NCBI GenBank assembly: GCA_002269645.1
Contig: NIVC01001917.1
Coordinates: 157,942 to 221,941 of the forward strand
Direction of reading: 5' to 3'
From: Macrostomum lignano
Taxonomy: Eukaryota
DNA: 64,000 bases
Under the pieces are notes generated by a model that worked only from the letters and a program-made list of their open reading frames with translations, did no database searches and was not told where the DNA came from. A program made the translations under genes and the position numbers. This document shows, piece after piece, positions 33,263 through 44,600 of this stretch (the stretch's first letter is position 1; every line of letters starts with the position of its first letter).

Positions 33263-36200
33263 ATGAATCTAAACGAGCCGAGGCTGAGCTTCGAGTACCG
33301 GGTCTCGAAGAAGATCGCCGAGCTCACCCAGGTGGTGCACATGCTGTTCAAACGGCAGCACGAGCGCGAGTGCGAGCTGGCAGCCGTCCGCTCGGCCTAC
33401 GAGAGCGAGCTCGAACTCACTCGGAAGGACGCCGCCGAGCGTCTGGAGGCCCAGGAGCTGCTGGCTCGCGACAGGGAAGAAACGGCGAAGCGTCTGGACG
33501 AGGACCTGGCTAAACGCCGGCGGGAATTCGACGAACAGCGGACGAAACTCGAACGGAAACTGGCCGACCGAGACACGCAGCTGGCCAGGCTGCGGGAGAG
33601 CCGCGACCAGATGAAGAAGATGCTAGAAGAGGCTGGCCGAGAGATCGACAGCATGCGCAGTAGCGTCACTCTTGAGCTGTCCGAGAAAGGCGAACGGAGC
33701 CGCCTGGTGGAGGAGGAGAACGCCGGACTGCGCGAGAAGCTGGCCAAGCTGTCCTACAAGCTGGCCGAGCGAGAGCGAGTGGCCGACGAGCTGTCCAAGG
33801 AGCTGGACTCGGCCAAGAAGAGGGCACAGAAGTGGAACAAAGAGTGCAGCGAGCTGCAGGCGTACGCCGAGGAGCAGGCAAAGGCGGCCGAGGCGCTCCG
33901 GCTGAAGAACAAGCAGATTGAGAACGAGCTGAGAACCATGAAGCGCGACGCCAACAGGCGCCTATCCGAGGGGCTGGTGCAGCCGCTGGGCGGCCGAGGG
34001 GACAGGGCGGCTCAGAGTCAGGTCTGCTCCAGTTCGATATCTGAATTGCCTTTTTTCTGGAATTCGATGCTCGATCGAGCATTAGCATATGTAAAAGTTC
34101 ACTCTGAACGCAAGCTCACTGATCACCGCTACCCTCCCCAGTTGTTCACTGAGTCACCTGCTACCCTCCCCAGTTGTTCACTGAGTCACCTGCTACCCTC
34201 CCCAGTTGTTCACTGAGTCACCTGCTATCCTCCCCAGTTGTTCACTGAGTCACCCGCTACCCTCCCCAGTTGTTCACTGAGTCACCTGCTATCCTCCCCA
34301 GTTGTTCACTGAGTCACCCGCTACCCTCCCCAGTTGTTCACTGAGTCACCTGCTACCCTCCCCAGTTGTTCACTGAGTCACCTGCTACCCTCCCCAGTTG
34401 TTCACTGAGTCACCTGCTACCCTCCCCAGTTGTTCACTGAGTCACCTGCTACCCTCCCCAGTTGTTCACTGAGTCACCTGCTACCCTCCCCAGTTGTTCA
34501 CTGAGTCACCTGCTATCCTCCCCAGTTGTTCACTGAGTCACCCGCTACCCTCCCCAGTTGTTCACTGAGTCACCTGCTATCCTCCCCAGTTGTTCACTGA
34601 GTCACCCGCTACCCTCCCCAGTTGTTCACTGAGTCACCTGCTACCCTCCCCAGTTGTTCACTGAGTCACCTGCTACCCTCCCCAGTTGTTCACTGAGTCA
34701 CCTGCTACCCTCCCCAGTTGTTCACTGAGTCACCTGCTATCCTCCCCAGTTGTTCACTGAGTCACCCGCTACCCTCCTCAGTTGTTCACTGAGTCACCCG
34801 CTACCCTCCCCAGTTGTTCACTGGGTCACCCGCTACCATTCCTAAGTTGTTCACTGGGTCACCCGCAACCATTCCTGAGTTGTTCACTGGGTCAGCCGCT
34901 ACCATTCCTGACTTGTCCACTGGGTCACCCGCTACCCTGTCAAACACCTTCACAAACAACCAAAAAACAGACGGAGCGCCAACTGGAGGAGGAATGCGAG
35001 CGACTGCAGCGAGAGCTGACAAAGTACAAACTGGAGCTGGCCAACAGAGACCTGAATCTGAACCGGGTCTTCAACGAACAGTCGCCCATGATTGTGGACC
35101 TCAAAGCTGGCCGCATCGCAGCGGCTGGTGGACAGCAGCCGACGCTGCCGACGCCGATGTCCACCAGGGACAGCGCTGGACGGTCGTTCCGATCCGCTGG
35201 GTTGGGCCGGGAAAAAACTTTTCACTATGTTGTCAGCCAGGACTACGAGGAGCCTCCGACACAGGTGAGGGGAGGGGAGATGATGATTCTCAGTCTCAAT
35301 TGTGATGATTCTCAGTCTCAATTGTGATGATTCTCAGTCTCAATGATGATTAATCTCAGTCTCAATTGTGATGATTCTCAGTCTCAATGATGATTAATCT
35401 CAGTCTCAATGATGATGAATCTCAGTCTCAATGATGATGAATCTCAGTCTCAATGATGATGAATCTCAGTCTCAATGATGATGAATCTCAGTCTCAATGA
35501 TGATGATTCTCAGTCTCAATGATGATGATGATTCTCAGTCTCAATGATGATTAATCTCAGTCTCAATGATGATTAATCTCAGTCTCAATGATGATTAATC
35601 TCAGTCTCAATGATGATTAATCTCAGTCTCAATTGTGATGATTCTCAGTCTCAATGATGATTAATCTCAGTCTCAATGATGATGAATCTCAGTCTCAATG
35701 ATGATGAATCTCAGTCTCAATGATGATGATTCTCAGTCTCAATGATGATGATTCTCAGTCTCAATGATGATTAATCTCAGTCTCAATGATGATGAATCTC
35801 AGTCTCAATGATGATGATGATTCTCAGTCTCAATGATGATGATGATTCTCAGTCTCAATGATGATTAATCTCAGTCTCAATGATGATTAATCTCAGTCTC
35901 AATGATGATGAATCTCAGTCTCAATGATGATGAATCTCAGTCTCAATGATGATTAATCTCAGTCTCAATTGTGATGATTCTCAGTCTCAATGATGATTAA
36001 TCTCAGTCTCAATGATGATGAATCTCAGTCTCAATGATGATGAATCTCAGTCTCAATGATGATGAATCTCAGTCTCAATGATGATGAATCTCAGTCTCAA
36101 TGATGATGATTCTCAGTCTCAATGATGATGATGATTTTCAGTCTCAATGATGATGATGATTCTCAGTCTCAGTGATGATTCTCAGTTTGAATGATGATGT

Positions 36201-36418
36201 CAAAGTTACTATGCCAAAATGCTAATTTTGTGCAGCTGCGACGGCAGAGAACTTTTCTGGAAGCCTCGCTCAGACAGGCTGGAAGGCAACAGCAGCAGCA
36301 GCAGCAGCAGCAACTACGGCAGCTTCAAGAAGCGACCACCCCATCTGGACAAGTTCTGCGAAAGCCGCAGCCTCCGAAACGAAACGAGCTGGTGATGCTG
36401 GACAAAGGCTACTACTGA
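33263..36418 (+). CDS. FAM184-like coiled-coil protein (~411 aa)
   Basis: Exons 33263-34021, 34971-35264 and 36236-36418, all phase 0. The N-terminus SKKIAELTQVVHMLF..RECEL..VRSAYE resembles the FAM184 N-terminus, followed by a long heptad-rich region. The family assignment is from memory. An upstream in-frame ATG exists at 33185. Confidence 0.7.
34125..34935. repeat. 32-bp intronic minisatellite CTACCCTCCCCAGTTGTTCACTGAGTCACCTG
   Basis: About 25 copies, diverging at the 3' end. Confidence 0.97.
35278..36195. repeat. ~22-bp intronic minisatellite TCTCAGTCTCAATGATGATGAA
   Basis: Variable (ATG)n core; fills the intron from donor to acceptor. Confidence 0.96.
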
Positions 36419-37029
36419 CTCTCCGAAAATTTTCTAATGTAAAAATTGAATTCAAAGTAAAAATGATTTTTCTTGATTTCCGAACCATATTGCTGCTTCA
36501 ACGAGAGCAGGTGTAAAATTCTTGATTCTTAAACTGGAGAAATTCATAAGTTCTCGCCATGAACATTCAGAAAGTGCATAATGCACTACTCTGCCTCAAA
36601 AGAGCACCTGGGGGGGGGTAACTAGGAAGTTAGATCAGGAGGATCTACTTGTAGGATTTATCATCTGTTCATCAGATATAAGCAAAAAATGACACGCAAA
36701 TGGGCAAATATGTAACAAACTCTGTAAACAATTTACTCGATTAACCACGGAATTGAAAATACGAGTTTGCCACCTGAAGAGACTTGAGAATTGAGTGTTC
36801 ATGTAACAGTATTTTCATATGTATGAATCCTCGTAAACCCAAAATGGGATCTACGAGCGTAATATGCAATCTCTACGTTACATGAATAAAGACAGCTACT
36901 TGCTGACGCAAAAATCATACCGTGCATCCCAAATTTGGGACTTTTGGCCATAGACTATGTGCAGTGAAGGAACATGCAACAAAACTCCTACATTATTTTG
37001 GGAATCGGTGTTGTTACCTCATCTTGGTG

Positions 37030-37290
37030 CTGCAGTCACTCGTCTTGGCGCCGCAGGCACTCATCTTGGCGCCGCAGACAGGCACTTATCTTGGCGCCGC
37101 AGTCACTCATCTTGGCGCCGCAGTTACTCATCTTAGTGCCGCAGGCACTCATCTCGGCGCCGCAGTCACTTATCTTGGCGCCACAGTCACTCATCTTAGT
37201 GCCGCAGGCACTCATCTCGGCGCCGCAGTCACTCATCTTAGTGCTGCAGGCACTCAGTTTGGCGCCACAGGAGCTATATTTTGGCGCCTG
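37030..37290. repeat. 21-bp minisatellite CTTGGCGCCGCAGTCACTCAT
   Basis: About 12 copies; explains ORFs 36922 and 36974. Confidence 0.92.
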
Positions 37291-37600
37291 AAGCAAACTT
37301 ATTGATTTCCATAACGGGTCACAAGGTGAAACAAAGCATTGGTCCTTCCATAAATGTTAAATCGATAGGGTCCCCCTGTTACCCGTGGCGACGCCCCTGA
37401 GCCATAGACTTGACACAAGCCGCAGGCTAACCATAAAAAATTACCTTCGATTCTCTGGTTAATCGAGTAAAATGCTTTCAGGTTTTGTTTCATTGGGACG
37501 ATAAAACAAAAAATTTTAGCTCAAACTTGTTGACTGCGCTAAGGTAGAGTTCAATGACAAGCGCTGAGCCAGTGCTCAAGAGGTCGTCGAAAGAATCAAC

Positions 37601-37936
37601 TTAGCCAGCTATGCACAGCAAGCCAGGCCGCGGGCTCCAGCACAAGGAGAGCAGCAGATGTCCTGCAGCGATATCGATTGCGCTGAGTCTGGCAAATTCA
37701 ACTTCAGCGGATAAATAAACTGAAGCATGGAAGAATGCAGGCAGCCAATTAATTAGGCAGCTGAGGGCGACTGAGACAAGCCAGGTGCTAGCGCCATCTC
37801 CTAGATAATTGGGAATGGCACCGGCTGGGGTCCAAAGCCTAGCAACTGTCCTCTCTTCTGTTGCGTCGGTGTAGACTTTTGGACAGCGACGTTCATTTCC
37901 ACATCTTTTAGATAACGAAAACACAAAAATGATCAC
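37601..37936 (-). pseudogene. Possible decayed RNase H fragment of a retroelement
   Basis: VYTDAT...WLPAF..ASVYLSAE loosely resembles the non-LTR RNase H pattern (YTDGS ... SVFxAE). The later DS motif is absent and no RT is nearby. Confidence 0.25.
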
Positions 37937-37984
37937 TGGCGCACGCAGAGGGGGCCGTGGCCCTTCCCCTCAATCGCTCCGCCC

Positions 37985-38670
37985 AGTGTGTCAGAGACGC
38001 CAAATGAGTCTGTCAGAGGCGTCAAATGGGTGTCAGAGACGCCAACTGGGTGTGTCAGAGACGTCAAATGGGTGTGTCAGAGACGTCAAATGGGTGTGTC
38101 AGAGACGTCAAATGGGTGTGTCAGAGACGCCAACTGGGTGTGTCAGAGACGCCAAATGGGTGTGTCAGAGACGTCAAATGGGTGTGTCAGAGACGCCAAC
38201 TGGGTGTGTCAGAGACGCCAAATGGGTGTGTCAGAGACGCCAACTGGGTGTGTCAGAGACGCCAAATGGGTGTGTCAGAGACGCCAACTGGGTGTGTCAG
38301 AGACGTCAAATGGGTGTGTCAGAGACGCGAAATGAGTGTCAGAGACGCCAACTGGGTGTGTCAGAGACGCCAAATGGGTGTGTCAGAGACGCCAAATGGG
38401 TGTGTCAGAGACGTCAAATGGGTGTGTCAGAGACGCCAACTGGGTGTGTCAGAGACGCCAACTGGGTGTGTCAGAGACGCCAACTGGGTGTGTCAGAGAC
38501 GCCAAATGGGTGTGTCAGAGACGCCAAATGGGTGTGTCAGAGACGTCAAATGGGTGTGTCAGAGACGCCAACTGGGTGTGTCAGAGACGCCAACTGGGTG
38601 TGTCAGAGACGCCAACTGGGTGTGTCAGAGACGCCAACTGGGTGTGTCAGAGACGCCAAATGGGTGTCAG
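37985..38670. repeat. 22-bp minisatellite GTGTCAGAGACGCCAA(A/C)TGGGT
   Basis: About 31 copies. Confidence 0.97.
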
Positions 38671-39724
38671 ATAGCCAAATTTACCGACATTAATACGCTT
38701 CTATTAATAAAGAAGACCACATGCAGCAACGACAGCCAGCCTGATAAAAGATGCAACGCTCCCACACCAAGACAAGAGATCAGTATTGAATTATAAAGAA
38801 TCAGACAGCTGTAAGTCACAATGAGCTGCTGCTTTTTTACAGAGCATAGCGACAAACGTCAAGTTATTAAAAGTGTCCGTGTTACCAAATCAAACTAAAC
38901 TATATTTAGTAATCAGGCAGCACAAAAATACCAATAACTACACTGTATGAACCGAGAATCAGATTTTGTATATTAACCGATTCCATGACTGGGCAAATGC
39001 GCGTAGCTATTTTAAAAAAAGCAATCAACAAAAAAGCAAGAGAGAGAGATAGATTTGCGACTTGAAATTAAGACGCGACATGGAAAGTGCAATGACATTA
39101 CATTACTACTCGTAGTAGAGCAAATACATATTAATATACCAGTGCAGGTGAGCAAGGTGAGAAATTCGACAATAAATGGCATAAATATTATCACAACGGG
39201 CCTGCGCTTATGTAATGCAATAATGTAGCAACACCACTAGCAGCACTTATTTGAAGTACAACTGTACCTACAAACTTGTCAAAAATATCAGAGCGAAAGG
39301 AAATGTTTTCAATTTCTGTTACTTAAATTAAAACAAAAAGTGGACAGAAGAGATTAATAAGTTTTTCCAGGAATGGTCTAGCCTTAGTTCCGCAAATGTA
39401 AAACAGTGGCCGGCTTATATAGACAAATAAAAATAAATTAATAAATCGATAACGTCTAAAACTATAGAAGTTTTTCATATCGGAATAATTGGCTTGAGTT
39501 TTTCTTCTCAATAAACATAACATGCACATAGGACTGTTCCAATGTCACAGTAGGCCAACTACTAATTACCGAATGCAGACAAGAGGCTCCGGAGCTCCCA
39601 GCACGATGGGGAAATTCTTATTGAGCCGAAAAGTTACTGGGCGCAATACAGTGCAAAAATTACTTTTGCTGGTCTTATTACTATTGAGCTAGCTGCGTGT
39701 GTTTCAGGTATGAGATGCAGGTTA

Positions 39725-40260
39725 AGGATCTGGGAGGCTGGCTCAGCAACTGGGGATCTGGGAGGCTGGCCCAGCAACTGAGGATCTGGGAGGCTGGCTT
39801 AGCAACTGAGGATCGGGGAGGCTGGCCCAGCAACTGAGGATCTGGGAGGCTGGCCCAGCAACTGAGGATCTGGGAGGCTGGCTTAGCAACTGAGGATCGG
39901 GGAGGCTGGCCCAGCAACTGAGGATCTGGGAGGCTGGCCCAGCAACTGGGGATCTGAGAGGCTGGCCCAGGCACTGGGATCTGGGAGCATGGCTCAGCAA
40001 CTGGGGATCTGGGAGGCTGGCCCAGCAACTGAGGATCTGGGAGGCTGGCTTAGCAACTGAGGATCGGGGAGGCTGGCCCAGCAACTGAGGATCTGGGAGG
40101 CTGGCCCAGCAACTGAGGATCTGGGAGGCTGGCTTAGCAACTGAGGATCGGGGAGGCTGGCCCAGCAACTGAGGATCTGGGAGGCTGGCCCAGTAACTGG
40201 GGATCTGAGAGGCTGGCCCAGACACTGGGATCTGGGAGCATGGCTCAGGAACTGGGGATC
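39725..40260. repeat. 28-bp minisatellite GGATCTGGGAGGCTGGCCCAGCAACTGA
   Basis: About 19 copies, with recurring variants. Confidence 0.95.
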
Positions 40261-41131
40261 GAAGAAGAGATTATCTGATTCAGATAATCAGAACACTAAC
40301 AGCAGCAGCACAGGTGAGCTGTAGAATGAAGGCAAGGCAAAGTCACAAATAATACAAACAAGCCGCAGTGGCAAGCATGAGACAGTCAATAATGTGACAA
40401 TAGTATGATTTATAATAAGTTATTATTTAACAACGCTAGGCCAGCCGCCTAGAAATCCATATTGGTTGCAAATAAACTATAAAAGTGGGAACAAATCAAA
40501 CGGTCTGCAGTTACAGCTTGCCAAGGCGATCAAGAAGGCAGCAGCAGCAACAGGTGTTAAAGAAGAACGAAATCCACATTTTAACAAGTAAATCAGTGAA
40601 CAAAAAAGTGACGGAAAATCGATTCGAAAGAAAACAACACGCAATCGCGCTTAATAATACGATAAAATCCGACAAATGTTATGCTTAATTAATCGTGGGC
40701 AATAGAAAAATGAAATGAACAGATTGAACAGAGGATGGATGGACTGACGATCGGGAGGGGGGGCGCCAGTGTATTGAAAGCTGCAGTAAGCTGACTAAAT
40801 GGCAACAGTGCTGTGTGCCTGTTGACAAATACGTTTAATTAAAACACTGTGAAATGAGCATTAACTAATGAATGCGATGCGATCCGGCAGATACTACTAG
40901 TACAATTGGCGTTTGATGCGATTGACGATCTCGCGATGATGACTTTAAAATGGCTAGATTTACATCTACTATATGTGCTTATTCGTCTGTGCGGCATCGA
41001 TCGGGACTGATGGCTGCAACTGTCACCAAAGCGCGCGAGCAATTTTACAATTATAAAAGCCACATTTACAAGTACAGATGCCTACTGGGTGTTGTTGTGA
41101 AGTCGCAAGCGAAGAGAGCTAAGAAGAGGTA

Positions 41132-41216
41132 GAGACAGACAGAGAGATAGACAGACAGACAGACAGACAGAGAGACAGACAGACAGACAGACAGACTGAC
41201 AGACAGACAGACAGAA

Positions 41217-41300
<84 letters not shown>

Positions 41301-41453
41301 CGACAGACAGACAGACAGACAGACAGACAGAAAGGCAGGCAGGCAGGCAGGCAGGCAGACAGACAGACAGACAGACAGACGGACAGGAAGGCAAGCAGGC
41401 AGGCAGGCAGACAGGCAGGCAGGCAGGCAGGCAGACAGGCAGGCAGACAGACA

Positions 41454-41490
<37 letters not shown>

Positions 41491-41504
41491 ACAGACGGAC
41501 ACAC
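41132..41504. repeat. Compound (CAGA)n/(CAGG)n microsatellite, i.e. (TCTG)/(CCTG) on the CLASP sense strand
   Basis: Starts ~120 nt downstream of the CLASP stop codon. Confidence 0.97.
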
Positions 41505-41626
41505 AAAAGCAGATAAAACCCAGAGAACTAAAAGAAACAGTGAGGCTAAAAGCACAAACGCACGAATACAAATCGTGCTTAAAAATGAATCAAAGTAAAA
41601 TCCGGCATAGCAGCGGGGGGCGACTC

Positions 41627-44600
41627 TCAGCTGACTGGAGGCAAGGCAACCCCGCCGGCGCCACCGCCGCCGCCGCCGCCGTCCTGGGCGGTGCCAACGC
41701 GGGCCTTGCAGATGTACAGCTGCAGCAGGCGCCGTTTCGTGCTGCTCATGTCTTTGAGATGCAACAGCAGCGTCTCGCCAACTTTCATGTACATCTGCAC
41801 TAGACAGAAGATGGCGGCCTTGCGTATTTGAGACTCGGCGTGATCGCAGCAGCGTACCAGGCCTGGGCACAGCTCGGGCAGGGCGGCCTCCACGGCACGG
41901 GGCTCGCACTCTTGCACCACTCGCATCTGCATCTTTACGGCGGCCAGGGCCAGGCCGGGGTCGGCGCCGGACACCAGCGGAGTCAGGACGCGAAGGCAGA
42001 CATCGCCGGGCAGGTGGGCGGCCACGTGCTTGGCGCAATCCTCGGCCGCTTTGGCCACCAACTTGTCGGTGTCTCGGTGGGCTTCGAGAATTTTTAACAG
42101 GGTCAGCTCGGTGTAGTTGGATAGGCGGCGGGGCTGCGCCCTGATCAGCTCCTGCAGCACCGTCAGCGCCAGGGCGCGGATGTCTGCCTGTGGTGGGTAG
42201 TGGGGGATTAATAGCGACTGAGAATGTGCTGCTATGGCTCATCAAGTGATACTATGACCCAGGAAGTGATTCTGACTTATTTAGCAATACTATGACTCAG
42301 AAAGTAATACTATGATTCGAGAAGGAAATCTCGAGAAGAGAAGGGAAGTGATACTATGACTCGGGAAGTGATACTATGACTCGGGAAGTGATACTATGAC
42401 TCGGGAAGTGATACTATGACTCGGGAAGTGATACTATGACTCGGGAAGTGATACTATGACTTGGGAAGTGATTCTATGACCCACGAAGTGATACTGTGAC
42501 TCGGGAAGTGATACTATGACTCGGGAGTGATTCTATGACCCACGAAGTGATACTATGACTCGGGAAGTGATACTGTGACTCGGGAAGTGATACTATGACT
42601 CGGGAGTGATTCTATGACCCACGAAGTGATACTATGACTCGGGAAGTGATACTATGACTCGGGAAGTGATACTATGACTCGGGAAGTGATACTGTGACTC
42701 GGGAAGTGATACTATGACCCACGAAGTGATACTATGACTCGGGAAGTGATACTGTGACTCGGGGAAGTGATACTATGACTCGGGAAGTGATACTATGACT
42801 CGGGAAGTGATACTATGACTCGGGAAGTGATACTATGACTCGGGAAGTGATACTGTGACTCGGGAAGTGATACTATGACTCGGGAAGTGATACTATGACT
42901 CGGGAAGTGATACTATGACTCGAGAAGTGATACTATGACTCGGGAAGTGATACTATGACTCGGGAAGTGATACTGTGACTCGGGAAGTGATACTATGACT
43001 CGGGAAGTGATACAGTGACTCGGGAGTGATTCTATGACCCACAAAGTGATACTATGACTCGGGAAGTGATACTGTGACTCGGGAAGTGATACTATGACTC
43101 GGGAAGTGATACTGTGACTCGGGAGTGATTCTATGACCCACAAAGTGATACTATGACTCGGGAAGTGATACTGTGACTCGGGAAGTGATACTATGACTCG
43201 GGAGTGATTCTATGACCCACGAAGTGATACTATGACTCGGGAAGTGATACTATGACTCGGGAAGTGATACTATGACTCGGGAAGTGATACTATGACTCGG
43301 GAAGTGATACTGTGACTCGGGAAGTGATACTGTGACTCGGGAAGTGATACTATGACTCGGGAAGTGATACTGTGACTCGGGAGTGATTCTATGACCCACG
43401 AAGTGATACTATGACTCGGGAAGTGATACTGTGACTCTGGAGTGATTCTATGACCCACGAAGTGATACTATGACTCGGGAAGTGATACTGTGACTCGGGA
43501 GTGATTCTATGACCCACGAAGTGATACTGTGACTCGGGAAGTGATACTGTGACTCGGGAAGTGATACTATGACTCGGGAAGTGATACTGTGACTCGGGAG
43601 TGATTCTATGACCCACGAAGTGATACTATGACTCGGGAAGTGATACTGTGACTCTGGAAGTGATTCTATGACCCACGAAGTGATACTATGACTCGGGAAG
43701 TGATACTATGACTCGGGAAGTGATACTATGACTCGGGAAGTGATACTATGACTCGGGAAGTGATACTATGACTCGGGAAGTGATTCTATGACCTACGAAG
43801 TGATACTATGACCCAGGAAATGATCATACAACAGTAAGAAAGCTATAACACAACTTAGAGTGTGATACTCTGAATCAGTAATTTCAACTTAATTACCAAA
43901 TCCCGGCACACAACAGCACATAAATGAGCACACTGACCTCATTATCTCCCAGCGTTTCCAGCAGGATCAGCAGCACGGTCTTGAAGTTCTCATCCCAGCT
44001 GTCTACCGAGTTGTCACGGACCATTCGGACCAGCCGCTGCATAGAGCTCATTCGCTGCTCGTGCCTGAAGTGGAAAGGATAGAAATAAAATAAATAAATA
44101 AATAAATAAAATAAAAGTACAAGTTAATTTACCGTTGATTGTGATTCGACAGCTCTTTCAATATTCCAGTCACTGCATCGTCCGTAGACATTTCTGCAAT
44201 TTTACGAATTAGCTGTGTATGTTATTATTGCATGCAGGCGATAGATATGATTTCAAACATTAACTACTTACAGTAGTTAAAACACACATTGAAGTTACTA
44301 TTCAACACTGTCATAGGAGAATCATAAGTTTCATAAGATTCAGAAATCATACCCTAGATTACTAGATTCACAACAGAACAGGGGTTTCCGAAAAATCTCA
44401 CGTTAGGAGATTCGGGGAAATCAGGGAAATTCAGGGAGATTCAGGGAAATCTCACACTAGGATTCAGGGAAATCTCACCCTAGGAGATTTATCAAAGAAA
44501 TCTCCGCCTAGAACATTCAGGGGAATCTCACCCTAGGGGATTTATGAATATCAGAGAAATCCCACCCTAGGAGATTCAGAGAAATCTCACCCTAGGAGAT

